Source: Flavobacteriales bacterium
GTDB taxonomy: Bacteria; Bacteroidota; Bacteroidia; Flavobacteriales_C; GCA-002722245
Reading direction: 5' to 3'
Length of the DNA stretch: 64,000 nt
Assembly (NCBI GenBank): GCA_023251075.1
Contig: JAHEZM010000001.1
Location: forward strand, 145,482 to 209,481
Shown: piece by piece, positions 9,998-19,963 of the stretch
Numbering within the stretch: position 1 is the stretch's first letter
How the letters are laid out: each line of letters opens with the position of its first letter
The notes under the pieces: model-generated
The model's database searches: none
What the model was told of the DNA's origin: nothing
The model's input: the letters and a program-made list of their open reading frames with translations, nothing else
Position numbers and translations under genes: made by a program

Positions 9998-12811
9998 ATG
10001 TCAGCTACTTTCGATCCTAAAAACTTTATCATCATCAAAGGTGCTCGAGTTCATAATTTAAAGAACATCGATATAGTTATACCCAGAAACAAACTGGTAG
10101 TGATTACAGGCTTATCAGGATCGGGAAAATCTTCTTTAGCCTTTGATACCTTGTATGCTGAAGGACAAAGACGATATGTAGAAAGCTTATCGTCTTATGC
10201 CCGACAATTTTTAGGAAAAATTGACAAGCCAGATGTTGATTATATTAAAGGATTATCGCCCAGCATTGCCATTGAACAAAAAGTAACTACTAAAAATTCA
10301 AGATCTACAGTAGGATCAAGCACTGAAATAGCAGAATACCTTCGAATTCTTTTTGCCCGCGTGGGAAAAACCTATTCTCCTGTTTCAGGCAAAGAAGTTA
10401 AAAAACATAAAGTTCAGGATGTTATCGACTTCATTAAACAACATGAAGGAGATCGTGGCTTATTGCTGGCCCCTGTTACAGTTGGAGAAACCCCCATTTT
10501 AGAATTCCTAAAAGAGTTGAATTTAGAAGGATTTGAAAGAATAAAACATAAAAATGAAATTATTAAAATTGAGGAGCTAATCAGCAATATTAAATCTTTT
10601 AAAAAAGATGATGATTTAATGGTGGTTATTGATCGTTTCAGTGTTTCTGGCGATGATGACTTCATTTCTCAAACAGAAGACTCCATTCAAACAGCTTTTC
10701 AAGTAGGTAATGGGCACTGCTCTGTTGAAATTCATAAAAAAGACAAAATAATAACAGAACGATTCTCCAATGTATTTGAAGCCGATGGCATTTCTTTTCA
10801 AGAACCCACCCCTCACCTTTTTAATCCTAATAGTCCGTTAGGTGCCTGTAAGGTTTGTGAAGGTTTCGGACAAATATTAGGTATAGCAGAACACTTAGTA
10901 ATTCCCAACAGCAATCTTTCTATCTATGAAGATGCTGTGGCTTGCTGGAAGGGGGAAACCATGAGCAAATGGAAAAAAGATTTCATCAATAAAGCTTACA
11001 AATACGACTTCCCTATTCATCGTGCCTACAACGAACTCACCGAAAAAGAAAGAGATTTACTTTGGAAGGGGAATAAGGAAATTGATGGTATTAATGATTT
11101 CTTTAAACATGTTGAAAGCAAACTTTATAAAATTCAATATAGGGTAATGTTGGCTCGATATAGGGGTAGAACCGACTGCCCTGATTGTAAAGGAAGCAAA
11201 ATACGCAAGGAAGCGTTCTACATTAAAGTAGCCAATAAGAATTTGTTCGAGTTAATGGAAACCCCTATTGATGAGCTACAAGATTTCTTCAATACTCTTA
11301 AATTAAATAAACAAGATAGTTTTATTGCGAGCAGGTTATTGTTTGAAATCAATAACCGACTAAAATATTTGATGGACGTTGGTTTAAAATATCTTACTCC
11401 AAACCGTCCTTCACACACATTATCAGGCGGTGAATCACAAAGAATACATTTAGCTACTTCATTAGGTTCTTCTTTGGTAGGATCGATGTATGTTTTGGAT
11501 GAACCTAGTATTGGCTTACATTCCAGAGATACTGAACGATTGATTAAAGTATTGAAATCTCTGCGCGATTTGGGCAACACCGTAATTGTAGTAGAGCATG
11601 ATCCGGAAATAATGAAGGAAGCCGACTATCTTATTGATATTGGTCCTATGGCCGGAACCCACGGTGGTGAGGTGGTATTTGCGGGTACTCACAAGGAATT
11701 ACTTTCTGCTAAAAAAAGTTTAACTACTCAATATTTAAGTGGAAAACTATCTATTCCCACTCCTGCTTCCAGAAGAAAATGGAAACATAAAATTTCTGTG
11801 GAAGATGCTCAATTGAATAACCTTAAGGGAGTAAAAGTGAACATTCCATTAGAAACCATGACCATTATTACAGGAGTGAGCGGATCAGGTAAATCGACTT
11901 TGATTCAAGATATTCTCTTCAAAGAAATCAACAGCTATATCAATAAAACTCCGGCAGGTAAAAACGGAAAAGTCAGTGGTGATTTGCATTTGATAAAAGG
12001 TGTGGAATTTATAGATCAAAATCCTATTGGAAAATCATCAAGATCAAATCCAGTAACTTATTTGAAAGCTTACGATGATATAAGAACTCTTTTTTCTGAG
12101 CAAGCACTTTGTAAAGTGAGAGGATATAAACCATCGCACTTTTCTTTTAATGTGGATGGCGGAAGATGCGAAAAATGTGAAGGTGAAGGAACCGTCACTA
12201 TTTCAATGCAATTCATGGCCGATGTTCTTTTACCTTGCGACGAGTGTGGAGGAAAAAGATTTAAAGACGAAATACTGGAAGTAAAATACCGCGATAAAGA
12301 CGTGAATGATATTCTTAATCTTACGGTAGATGATGCTATTGATTTCTTTCAGTCGGCACCCAACTATGGAAAAGGTCGATCCTCCTACGAACAAAAAATA
12401 GTACACAAAATATTACCATTGAAAGAAACCGGATTGGGATACATTACTCTCGGACAATCCTCCAGCACACTTAGCGGTGGCGAAGCACAAAGAATAAAAC
12501 TATCTTCTTTTTTATCAAAAGGATCCGAAGCCACTTCTACTCTGTTTATATTCGATGAACCTACTACCGGACTGCATTTACACGATATTCAAAATTTACT
12601 GATTGCCTTCAATCAATTGATCAATAGCGGTAATTCTTTATGGTTGATTGAGCACAACATGGAAGTGATTAAATGTGCCGACTGGATTATAGATGTTGGT
12701 CCGGACGGAGGAAAATACGGTGGTGAAATAGTTTTTGAAGGAACTCCTGAAGAGATGATGAAAAAAGGAAAAGGATTTACTGCCGACTTCATGAGGAAAG
12801 AATTGAATTAA
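9998..12811 (+). CDS. uvrA: Excinuclease ABC subunit A
   Basis: GARVHNLKN, two Walker A motifs (GLSGSGKSS, GVSGSGKST), two LSGGE signatures, and zinc-finger CxxC pairs. Confidence 0.96.
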   Translation: MSATFDPKNFIIIKGARVHNLKNIDIVIPRNKLVVITGLSGSGKSSLAFDTLYAEGQRRYVESLSSYARQFLGKIDKPDVDYIKGLSPSIAIEQKVTTKNSRSTVGSSTEIAEYLRILFARVGKTYSPVSGKEVKKHKVQDVIDFIKQHEGDRGLLLAPVTVGETPILEFLKELNLEGFERIKHKNEIIKIEELISNIKSFKKDDDLMVVIDRFSVSGDDDFISQTEDSIQTAFQVGNGHCSVEIHKKDKIITERFSNVFEADGISFQEPTPHLFNPNSPLGACKVCEGFGQILGIAEHLVIPNSNLSIYEDAVACWKGETMSKWKKDFINKAYKYDFPIHRAYNELTEKERDLLWKGNKEIDGINDFFKHVESKLYKIQYRVMLARYRGRTDCPDCKGSKIRKEAFYIKVANKNLFELMETPIDELQDFFNTLKLNKQDSFIASRLLFEINNRLKYLMDVGLKYLTPNRPSHTLSGGESQRIHLATSLGSSLVGSMYVLDEPSIGLHSRDTERLIKVLKSLRDLGNTVIVVEHDPEIMKEADYLIDIGPMAGTHGGEVVFAGTHKELLSAKKSLTTQYLSGKLSIPTPASRRKWKHKISVEDAQLNNLKGVKVNIPLETMTIITGVSGSGKSTLIQDILFKEINSYINKTPAGKNGKVSGDLHLIKGVEFIDQNPIGKSSRSNPVTYLKAYDDIRTLFSEQALCKVRGYKPSHFSFNVDGGRCEKCEGEGTVTISMQFMADVLLPCDECGGKRFKDEILEVKYRDKDVNDILNLTVDDAIDFFQSAPNYGKGRSSYEQKIVHKILPLKETGLGYITLGQSSSTLSGGEAQRIKLSSFLSKGSEATSTLFIFDEPTTGLHLHDIQNLLIAFNQLINSGNSLWLIEHNMEVIKCADWIIDVGPDGGKYGGEIVFEGTPEEMMKKGKGFTADFMRKELN

Positions 12812-12853
12812 GGCTCTCTTACATTGCAATAAACATTTTCTTATATTTACCTC

Positions 12854-13324
12854 ATGGCTGAAAAACGAATAGCTGTATTTGCAGGTACTTTCGATCCAAT
12901 TACTTTGGGACATGTTGATATTGTAAAGAGAGCTCTTGCTCTCTTTGATGAAGTGGTTATTGGTATTGGTCAGAATACTTCTAAACAAGGTTTTTTTTCT
13001 ATAGAAAAAAGAGAAGAATGGATAAAGAAAATATTCAAAAACGACGCACAAGTAAGTGTTCAAGTGTATGAAGGATTAACCATCAATTTCTGTAAAAAAG
13101 TAAACGCAAAATTTATATTGCGAGGATTAAGAGATGGTAAAGACTTTGAATACGAAAGAAGTCTGGGCATGATGAACCACGCCATAGCCGGTGAAATTGA
13201 AACAGTGTATTTAGTAACCGAACCAAAGTACTCCGCAATAAATTCGGTAATCATTCGTGATATATTGAAACACGGTGGCGACGCAAGTCAGTTTTTACCA
13301 AAGGAAGTTAGTGCAGATGTTTAA
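12854..13324 (+). CDS. coaD: Pantetheine-phosphate adenylyltransferase
   Basis: GTFDPITLGH and RGLR...DFEYE motifs. Confidence 0.96.
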   Translation: MAEKRIAVFAGTFDPITLGHVDIVKRALALFDEVVIGIGQNTSKQGFFSIEKREEWIKKIFKNDAQVSVQVYEGLTINFCKKVNAKFILRGLRDGKDFEYERSLGMMNHAIAGEIETVYLVTEPKYSAINSVIIRDILKHGGDASQFLPKEVSADV

Positions 13325-14726
13325 AAAAATAGGATGTATAGTGCTGTTGATTTTAAGCGCGAATTCTTTCGCTGCAGAAGTTGTTATTAAAGGTATCGGA
13401 CCATCCCATCCCAATCAAAAATTCAGAATAGATATTGTAAGTGATTTCTTAACCAAAAAGAAGGTATCAGTATATGCAGGCATTACCGATGATAAAGGAA
13501 ACTTTACTGCTTTCTTTGATATCAATGAGGTGAAAATGGTGTTTATTGATTTCGGAAAAGCCAAAAGAACTTTCTTTGCAGAACCTGGAAAAACATATGA
13601 AATAGCTGTTTCTGCATTAAATCCTAAAGTAGAACGCGAGCAAGGTTTTTTAGCCAAAGAAATATATCCTGTTTCCATAAAAAATACCGATAGCTCAGAA
13701 TTGAATGAATTGATTTATGAATTCGACCAAAGAGTTTCGAGGTTCTTTTTGTTGTATGGCGATTCATTGTATTTGGCAGGCGGGCACAAAAAAATCTCAA
13801 AATTTATTTCCCGACTAGAAAAATACTACAAATACGAAAACCCTTATTTCAAGCAATATGTAAAGTACACCATAGGTAATTTTGAAAGCATGTTGTATAA
13901 ATCACAACCCAATAAAATAAGAACCAAATACTTTGTTCAATCTCCCATGGATTTGAATAACATTCAATACTGTGGATTGTTTCAAAATATGTTTCGTGCT
14001 TATTTAAAAAGCGAAGTCGCCTTAGATCCACAAAAGAATTTAGTGAATTTGATGAATGCCAAAATGTACAAAGAAACCCTGATGTTGCTTTCACCCGGCG
14101 AAACTTACAATGAAGATTTAGCTAACTTGATTTTAGCCTACGGATGTTTGGAAATTCAAAGCAATCCGAACTACAACAATAAATCTATTGAAGTTCTTTT
14201 AGACTCTGTTATTAGAGGCACTAGCAACGTCAAAGTGAAAGAAGTTGCCGAGCATGTTAAATTGCAGATTTTTCAGTTACAACCAGGAACCACTGCTCCT
14301 GAAATTGTATTGCTGGATAGTAATAATCACGAATTCAAATTAAGTGAACACAAAGGAAAATACATCTATGTAAGTTTTTTTAAATCCTATGACAAAAGCT
14401 ATGAAGAAGAATTAAAAGTATTGGCTTTTTTAAGAGATCGCTATCAGGATAAATTAGAGGTAGTTAGTATCTCAACAGATTACGACAGCAAACAATTTGA
14501 TCAGTTCATGAACACCAACCACTATCCTTGGAATATCATGCATTATCAGAAGAATGAAGAATTATTGTTGAATTACAAAATTGAAGATATCCGCGTAGAA
14601 AACTACGAGAGAAACCAATTGGTAAAATGGATACTAATTAGTCCCGATGGTAAAATTGTTTACTGCCCTGCAAAAAGTCCTAGTCAGGGCTTCGAATATC
14701 AATTAAAGAAACTAATCGAAGGTTAA
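13317..14726 (+). CDS. Exported protein with a C-terminal TlpA/redoxin-like fold lacking CxxC
   Basis: Signal peptide from ATG 13317. PGTTAPEI..LSEHKGKYIYVSF and VVSISTD redoxin-like motifs; FKSYDKSY occupies the usual WCxxC position. Confidence 0.75.
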   Translation: MFKKIGCIVLLILSANSFAAEVVIKGIGPSHPNQKFRIDIVSDFLTKKKVSVYAGITDDKGNFTAFFDINEVKMVFIDFGKAKRTFFAEPGKTYEIAVSALNPKVEREQGFLAKEIYPVSIKNTDSSELNELIYEFDQRVSRFFLLYGDSLYLAGGHKKISKFISRLEKYYKYENPYFKQYVKYTIGNFESMLYKSQPNKIRTKYFVQSPMDLNNIQYCGLFQNMFRAYLKSEVALDPQKNLVNLMNAKMYKETLMLLSPGETYNEDLANLILAYGCLEIQSNPNYNNKSIEVLLDSVIRGTSNVKVKEVAEHVKLQIFQLQPGTTAPEIVLLDSNNHEFKLSEHKGKYIYVSFFKSYDKSYEEELKVLAFLRDRYQDKLEVVSISTDYDSKQFDQFMNTNHYPWNIMHYQKNEELLLNYKIEDIRVENYERNQLVKWILISPDGKIVYCPAKSPSQGFEYQLKKLIEG

Positions 14727-15311
14727 TCCTCTCACCATCTCTCCAATCGAAGGATAAGTATTCTCTAATATCTCATTCACATCTTCCACCCACTTTACTT
14801 CCGTAATATTTTCTTCTGTCTGAGGAACTAATTTACCAGAAAAAGTAGTGCTCATTTCAAACCAATAAGTCACCTTCAAAATTCGCTGGTCCTTCAAAGT
14901 ATAAGTATGATAAATAGAAGGTAATTCCCGAACGATTTTGAGTTTACTAATTCCACACTCCTCTTCCACCTCACGAATGGCCGATTCCTCACGAGATTCT
15001 CCTTTTTCCATCTTTCCCTTAGGTAAATCCCATTTTCCCAACCTATATATTGCTAAAATAGCATTTCCCTTTTTCACCACTCCTCCTGCCGCTTCAATTA
15101 ATTTATAGTTGTTCTGAAAATTTTTCCACAACTTTTCAGCTTCAGAATTTACTATTTCTATTCCACCCTCATAAAGGCCCTTCTCCATGCCCTCAATGAT
15201 TTTCAACATTCTATTATTATCATCTTTCTCGTTGAATTCCAGCATATTCATTTTTGAAAGTCGTTTTGTTGAAAAAATGATAGGCGATCCGTTGATAAAA
15301 ACTTTATACAT
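14712..15311 (-). CDS. NUDIX hydrolase
   Basis: Nudix box GKMEKGESREESAIREVEEECG; likely start MYKVFING at 15311. Confidence 0.9.
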   Translation of the reverse strand: MYKVFINGSPIIFSTKRLSKMNMLEFNEKDDNNRMLKIIEGMEKGLYEGGIEIVNSEAEKLWKNFQNNYKLIEAAGGVVKKGNAILAIYRLGKWDLPKGKMEKGESREESAIREVEEECGISKLKIVRELPSIYHTYTLKDQRILKVTYWFEMSTTFSGKLVPQTEENITEVKWVEDVNEILENTYPSIGEMVRGLTFD

Positions 15312-15314
15312 TTG
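15307..15314 (+). promoter_or_regulatory. Bacteroidetes -7 promoter element for pyrE
   Basis: TACATTTG matches TAnnTTTG, 4 nt before the pyrE ATG, and overlaps the NUDIX start codon on the opposite strand. Confidence 0.6.
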
Positions 15315-15318
15315 CGTC

Positions 15319-15975
15319 ATGATTTCCAATAAAGATACAGCGTCCAAAGTTGCAGAATATCTGTTACAAGTCAAAGCAATTAAATTACAACCTAACGATC
15401 CCTTCACCTGGGCATCGGGCTGGAAGTCGCCAATATACTGTGATAACCGAGTTACCCTATCCTTTCCTAAAATAAGAACTTACGTTCGTCAGCAATTGGC
15501 TAACGCTGTTCTTGAAAAATATGGCAAACCCGATGTAATAGTGGGTGTTGCTACAGGAGCCATTGCGCAAGGAGTTTTAGTGGCTCAGGATTTAGGAACC
15601 TCTTTCGCTTATGTTCGATCAGCTCCCAAAGATCATGGTTTAGGTAATATTATTGAAGGAATAGTAAGTTCCGGTCAATCGGTGGTAGTGATTGAAGACT
15701 TGATCTCTACTGGTAAAAGCAGTTTGAAAGCTGTTGAGGCCATAAGAGCTACCGGTGCTACAGTACTGGGCATGGCTGCAATATTCACTTATGATTTTGC
15801 GGTGGCTCACGAAGCTTTCGAAAAAGAAAAATGCGAATTACTTACTTTATCTGATTACGATGTTTTATTGCAACAAGCAGTAAAATCGGGATATATCACA
15901 GAAGAACAACAAGACTTGGTTAAATCATGGAGAAAAGATCCTGAAAACTGGGGTAAACTAATCAAGCAAAAATGA
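15319..15975 (+). CDS. pyrE: Orotate phosphoribosyltransferase
   Basis: FTWASGWKSPIYCDNR and PRPP-binding VVIEDLISTGKS motifs; start ATG 15319. Confidence 0.95.
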   Translation: MISNKDTASKVAEYLLQVKAIKLQPNDPFTWASGWKSPIYCDNRVTLSFPKIRTYVRQQLANAVLEKYGKPDVIVGVATGAIAQGVLVAQDLGTSFAYVRSAPKDHGLGNIIEGIVSSGQSVVVIEDLISTGKSSLKAVEAIRATGATVLGMAAIFTYDFAVAHEAFEKEKCELLTLSDYDVLLQQAVKSGYITEEQQDLVKSWRKDPENWGKLIKQK

Positions 15976-16379
15976 CAAATATTCAAACTGATAAAAAGGT
16001 AATTAACACTTCTGCTAAAGAAGCTTTTACTTTCCTTGCTAATCTTGATAATTTCTACCAATTACTTCCTCAAGACAAAGTAGAAAAATGGAAGAGCTCT
16101 GGAACTGAATGTTCTTTTAGCATTAAAAAAATGGCCGCTATTGGTTTAAAATTACAAAACTCTGAGGAACCCAAATTAGTTCATTTAGTTTCTACCGAAA
16201 TATCTCCTATTAAATTTGATTTGAAATGCATTATTACTCCATTGAGCGACACTACTTGTGAGACTTATATGGATTTCGATGGTGATATCAACATGTTTAT
16301 GGAAATGGTAGTGAAAGCTCCTTTAACGCAGTTTTTCAATTACAACATGCACAAGTTGCAAGAAGTTTTTAATAAATAA
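15972..16379 (+). CDS. SRPBCC/START-like fold hypothetical protein
   Basis: ATGA-coupled to pyrE. Size and the pattern FTFLANLDNFYQLLP fit SRPBCC-like proteins. Confidence 0.6.
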   Translation: MTNIQTDKKVINTSAKEAFTFLANLDNFYQLLPQDKVEKWKSSGTECSFSIKKMAAIGLKLQNSEEPKLVHLVSTEISPIKFDLKCIITPLSDTTCETYMDFDGDINMFMEMVVKAPLTQFFNYNMHKLQEVFNK

Positions 16380-17109
16380 ACTCTATTTCTTTAAATCCAA
16401 AACTTTGCTGCCCTTGTTGGGTCAAAACCAACAATTGACCATTGCTCTCTACTCCTTTTATTATTCCTTCTGTTATTTGTCCCTTAACTTTAAACTGTTG
16501 AAGTTTTTGGAAGGCAAAAAGATAATTCAAATAATAGGCTTTTGCTTCTGTAAAGTCTGCGATTCTGATTAATTTTTCCAAACATTCACCTATAGAAAAA
16601 ATAGCTTGTTTTGGAGTACTATTGAAAGATGGATTTTCAATTTTAAGAGAAGTAGCACGAACGAGTTCTGTTGGAAAAACTTCAGAATTGAGATTCAGCC
16701 CAATACCAATAATACATTGCTCCATTTTAGTTCCTTTCACACTATTTTCAATGAGAATTCCGGCTACTTTTTTATTGTCAATCAATATATCGTTAGGCCA
16801 TTTAATTTGAACTATTTTATCTTTAACACACTGACTAACATAAAAATGCACGGCATTACAAACCAAAAGGTTTAAGTCAAACTGATTAAGCACATTGATG
16901 TTTTCAGGGTAATAAACAAAGCTCACAGCAACATCTTTATTATCGCTGCTATACCATGAATTTCCGGCTTGCCCTCTTCCCTTTTTCTGACTTTTGGCCC
17001 ACAACACAAAATTAAGCCCCTTGTTTTCAAGAGCGATTCGCTTTGCTTCCGCATTTGTTGAATCGACTTCATCCAATTCAAAAAAATTCTCAAAAAGCTT
17101 GTCGTTCAT
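16369..17109 (-). CDS. birA: Biotin--[acetyl-CoA-carboxylase] ligase (no N-terminal HTH)
   Basis: DSTN, QKKGRGQ, KWPND and KVAGILIE motifs. Likely start 17109; the ORF-track extension is antisense to rsfS. Confidence 0.92.
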   Translation of the reverse strand: MNDKLFENFFELDEVDSTNAEAKRIALENKGLNFVLWAKSQKKGRGQAGNSWYSSDNKDVAVSFVYYPENINVLNQFDLNLLVCNAVHFYVSQCVKDKIVQIKWPNDILIDNKKVAGILIENSVKGTKMEQCIIGIGLNLNSEVFPTELVRATSLKIENPSFNSTPKQAIFSIGECLEKLIRIADFTEAKAYYLNYLFAFQKLQQFKVKGQITEGIIKGVESNGQLLVLTQQGQQSFGFKEIEFIY

Positions 17110-17168
17110 AAACAATGTTAATTTTTTTTGCCCTAAAAATCTACAAGAAAAGTATAGATAAAATTCCC

Positions 17169-17176
17169 TATTTTTG
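17169..17176 (+). promoter_or_regulatory. Putative -7 promoter element for the rsfS-ftsH-cdsA operon
   Basis: TATTTTTG (TAnnTTTG) about 25 nt upstream of ATG 17201. Confidence 0.45.
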
Positions 17177-17200
17177 AGTGAAATTATAAAAAGCATTTTA

Positions 17201-17752
17201 ATGGCCAGTAAAAAGTTAAAAGTGAAAAGTGAAAAGCCGAAGGTGACGAAGAAAGTGTTGGTAAAAAAAACTAAGGCAGAATCAAATACTAAAACAAAGA
17301 AGGCAACAAAAACAGCGGCAAAACCGGCTAAAAAAGCAGTTGCAAAAAAAGCTCCAGTTAAAAAGACCGCTGTTGCTAAAAAAATTGATAACAAAGGGGC
17401 TTCTGAAAAACTAGCAGAATTAATAGTTCACGGAATGCAGGAATTAAAGGCGATCAATATAGTTCTTTTAGATCTAAGGGGAATTCAAAATTCAGTGTGC
17501 GATTTCTTTGTAATCAGTCATGGTAACTCCAGTACTCATGCCGATGCTATCGCGCAAAGTGTAGAAAAAGAAGTTAAAAAAACAACGGGTGAATACCCTT
17601 GGAAACGCGAAGGAGTGAGTAATGGAGAATGGGTATTAATCGACTACGTTACTGTTGTTGTTCATGTTTTTCAGCAATATACCCGCGAATTATACAACAT
17701 TGAGGACCTTTGGGCCGATGCAAAATCAATAAAAGTTAAACAAGTAGCTTAA
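17201..17752 (+). CDS. rsfS: Ribosome silencing factor RsfS with a Lys/Ala-rich N-terminal extension
   Basis: KAINIVLLDL, DFFVISHG.S, WVLIDY..VVVHVF, RELYNIEDLW motifs. Confidence 0.92.
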   Translation: MASKKLKVKSEKPKVTKKVLVKKTKAESNTKTKKATKTAAKPAKKAVAKKAPVKKTAVAKKIDNKGASEKLAELIVHGMQELKAINIVLLDLRGIQNSVCDFFVISHGNSSTHADAIAQSVEKEVKKTTGEYPWKREGVSNGEWVLIDYVTVVVHVFQQYTRELYNIEDLWADAKSIKVKQVA

Positions 17753-17770
17753 TCATATTTAGTCAATCAC

Positions 17771-19963
17771 ATGTCAATACCTAAGTCCCCTAAAAAACCA
17801 AAAGTGAATCTTCCGATTTACTGGATATATATTGCAATTATTGCTTTTTTCATAATCTACACTTTCTTTGGAACTCAGGAAGAATCTAAAGAAATTAAGC
17901 GTTCTGAATTCAAACAAAAATATCTCGATAAAGGTTATGTTGATAGAGTTGTAGTGGTAAAAACTTCTGAAAATTATTCAGTGGAAGTTTATCTCGATAA
18001 AGACTCTATTGCAAAAGTTAAAAACGACACTTTAATCAAGAAAATTAAGATTAAAGACAATGAACCCCAGTTCTATTTCGACATGAACGAACCCGGTGAG
18101 TTTAAAAAAGAAATAGCAGAATACAATGGAAAAAACACCCTCGTAAATTCCGTTAAACTAGATGATGAAAACAGAGAGGAATCGGGATTAATGCAATTGA
18201 TTGGTTGGTTGTTGCCTATAGCCATTTTAATTGCTTTCTGGTTGTTCATGATGCGTAGAATGGGCGGTGGTGGCGGTCCTGGTGGACAGATTTTCAATAT
18301 CGGAAAATCAAAAGCTACTCTTTTCGACAAAGACACCAATGTTGAAATCACCTTTGCTGATGTTGCAGGTTTAGAAGAAGCTAAAGTGGAAATCAAAGAA
18401 ATTGTTGACTTCCTTAAACACCCTAAAAAATACACTCAACTGGGTGCAAAAATTCCCAAAGGTGCTTTACTGGTAGGACCTCCGGGAACAGGTAAAACAT
18501 TATTGGCAAAAGCAGTTGCAGGTGAAGCAAAAGTTCCGTTCTTCTCTTTGTCAGGATCTGATTTTGTGGAAATGTTTGTGGGAGTTGGAGCGTCAAGAGT
18601 AAGAGACTTATTCCGCCAGGCAAAAGAAAAATCACCTTGTATTATTTTCATCGATGAGATTGACGCTATTGGTAGAGCGCGTGGTAAAAACCTGGCACAA
18701 GGTGCTAACGACGAAAGAGAAAATACATTGAATCAATTGTTAACTGAAATGGATGGTTTTGGTACCAACAGCGGAATTATTGTTTTAGCTGCTACCAACC
18801 GTGCTGATATTTTGGATAGAGCCTTGATGAGGGCAGGAAGATTCGATAGAATGATTTATGTAGATATGCCCGACCTAAATGAACGTAAAGATATTTTTAA
18901 AGTACATCTTAAACCTATCAAAATTGATAGTTCTGTTGATGTTGATTTCTTAGCGCGTCAAACTCCTGGTTTCTCCGGAGCCGATATTGCTAACATTTGT
19001 AATGAAGCAGCTTTAATTGCAGCAAGAAGCAATAAAGAAACAGTTGAAAAACAAGATTTCTTAAATGCAGTCGATAGGATCATTGGTGGTTTAGAAAAGA
19101 AAAACAAGATTATTACTCCACGCGAAAAAGAAACTATTGCTTACCACGAAGCAGGACATGCTACTGTTAGCTGGTTTATGAAACATGCTTCTCCATTATT
19201 GAAAGTTACTATCGTTCCAAGAGGAAGATCATTAGGTGCTGCCTGGTATTTACCTGAGGAACGTCAATTAACTACAAAAGATCAAATATTTCACGAAATG
19301 TGTTCGGCAATGGGTGGACGTGCTGCAGAAGAAATTGTTTTTGGTGAGGTTTCTACAGGGGCATTGAGCGATTTGGAAAAAGTAACCAAACAAGCTACCT
19401 CAATGATTGTAGTGTATGGATTAAATGATAAAGTGGGTAATGTTAGTTACTACGATTCATCAGGTTCATCTGAATATACTTTTGGAAAACCTTACAGTGA
19501 AAGAACGGCTCAAACCATTGATGAAGAAGTTAGAAAATTAGTAGAAGAAGCTTACGTTGCTGCCAAAAAAATTCTTACTGAACATAAAGATAAGCTATCA
19601 AAACTAGCCAACAAGTTGCTTGAAAAAGAAGTTATTTTCAAAGAAGATTTAGAAGAAATTTTCGGACTTCGTCCAGGACATGAACATGATGACGATCCGA
19701 AAGTAGAAGAAAATAAAAAACCTATTGAGGAAAAAGCTACTGTGGTTGGAGAAAGCGAGAAAAAAACAGAAGAATTCTCTGCTCCTAAAGGTCTTAAAAT
19801 AGAAAGAACAGTTACTCCTATCGGTGAATATAAAGCGGAGACCGAAGAGAAAGAGAAACCGAAGGAGGAGGTTTCAGAAGATGAAAAAAAGTCGGAAACT
19901 AAAAAAGATGATTCCGATAACAACGATAAAAAACCTCCATTACAAATCAATTTAGATTTTTAA
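17771..19963 (+). CDS. ftsH: ATP-dependent zinc metalloprotease FtsH
   Basis: Two TM segments, GPPGTGKT, IIFIDEID, SRH, HEAGH; long acidic C-terminal tail. Confidence 0.97.
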   Translation: MSIPKSPKKPKVNLPIYWIYIAIIAFFIIYTFFGTQEESKEIKRSEFKQKYLDKGYVDRVVVVKTSENYSVEVYLDKDSIAKVKNDTLIKKIKIKDNEPQFYFDMNEPGEFKKEIAEYNGKNTLVNSVKLDDENREESGLMQLIGWLLPIAILIAFWLFMMRRMGGGGGPGGQIFNIGKSKATLFDKDTNVEITFADVAGLEEAKVEIKEIVDFLKHPKKYTQLGAKIPKGALLVGPPGTGKTLLAKAVAGEAKVPFFSLSGSDFVEMFVGVGASRVRDLFRQAKEKSPCIIFIDEIDAIGRARGKNLAQGANDERENTLNQLLTEMDGFGTNSGIIVLAATNRADILDRALMRAGRFDRMIYVDMPDLNERKDIFKVHLKPIKIDSSVDVDFLARQTPGFSGADIANICNEAALIAARSNKETVEKQDFLNAVDRIIGGLEKKNKIITPREKETIAYHEAGHATVSWFMKHASPLLKVTIVPRGRSLGAAWYLPEERQLTTKDQIFHEMCSAMGGRAAEEIVFGEVSTGALSDLEKVTKQATSMIVVYGLNDKVGNVSYYDSSGSSEYTFGKPYSERTAQTIDEEVRKLVEEAYVAAKKILTEHKDKLSKLANKLLEKEVIFKEDLEEIFGLRPGHEHDDDPKVEENKKPIEEKATVVGESEKKTEEFSAPKGLKIERTVTPIGEYKAETEEKEKPKEEVSEDEKKSETKKDDSDNNDKKPPLQINLDF

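Noticed and set aside
15187-15407. Apparent long overlap of the pyrE and NUDIX ORFs
   Set aside because: It arises from upstream alternative starts; the conserved domains begin at 15319 and 15311.
17110-17394. Hydrophobic N-terminal extension of BirA in the ORF track
   Set aside because: It is the antisense shadow of the Lys/Ala-rich rsfS tail; the BirA domain starts at 17109.
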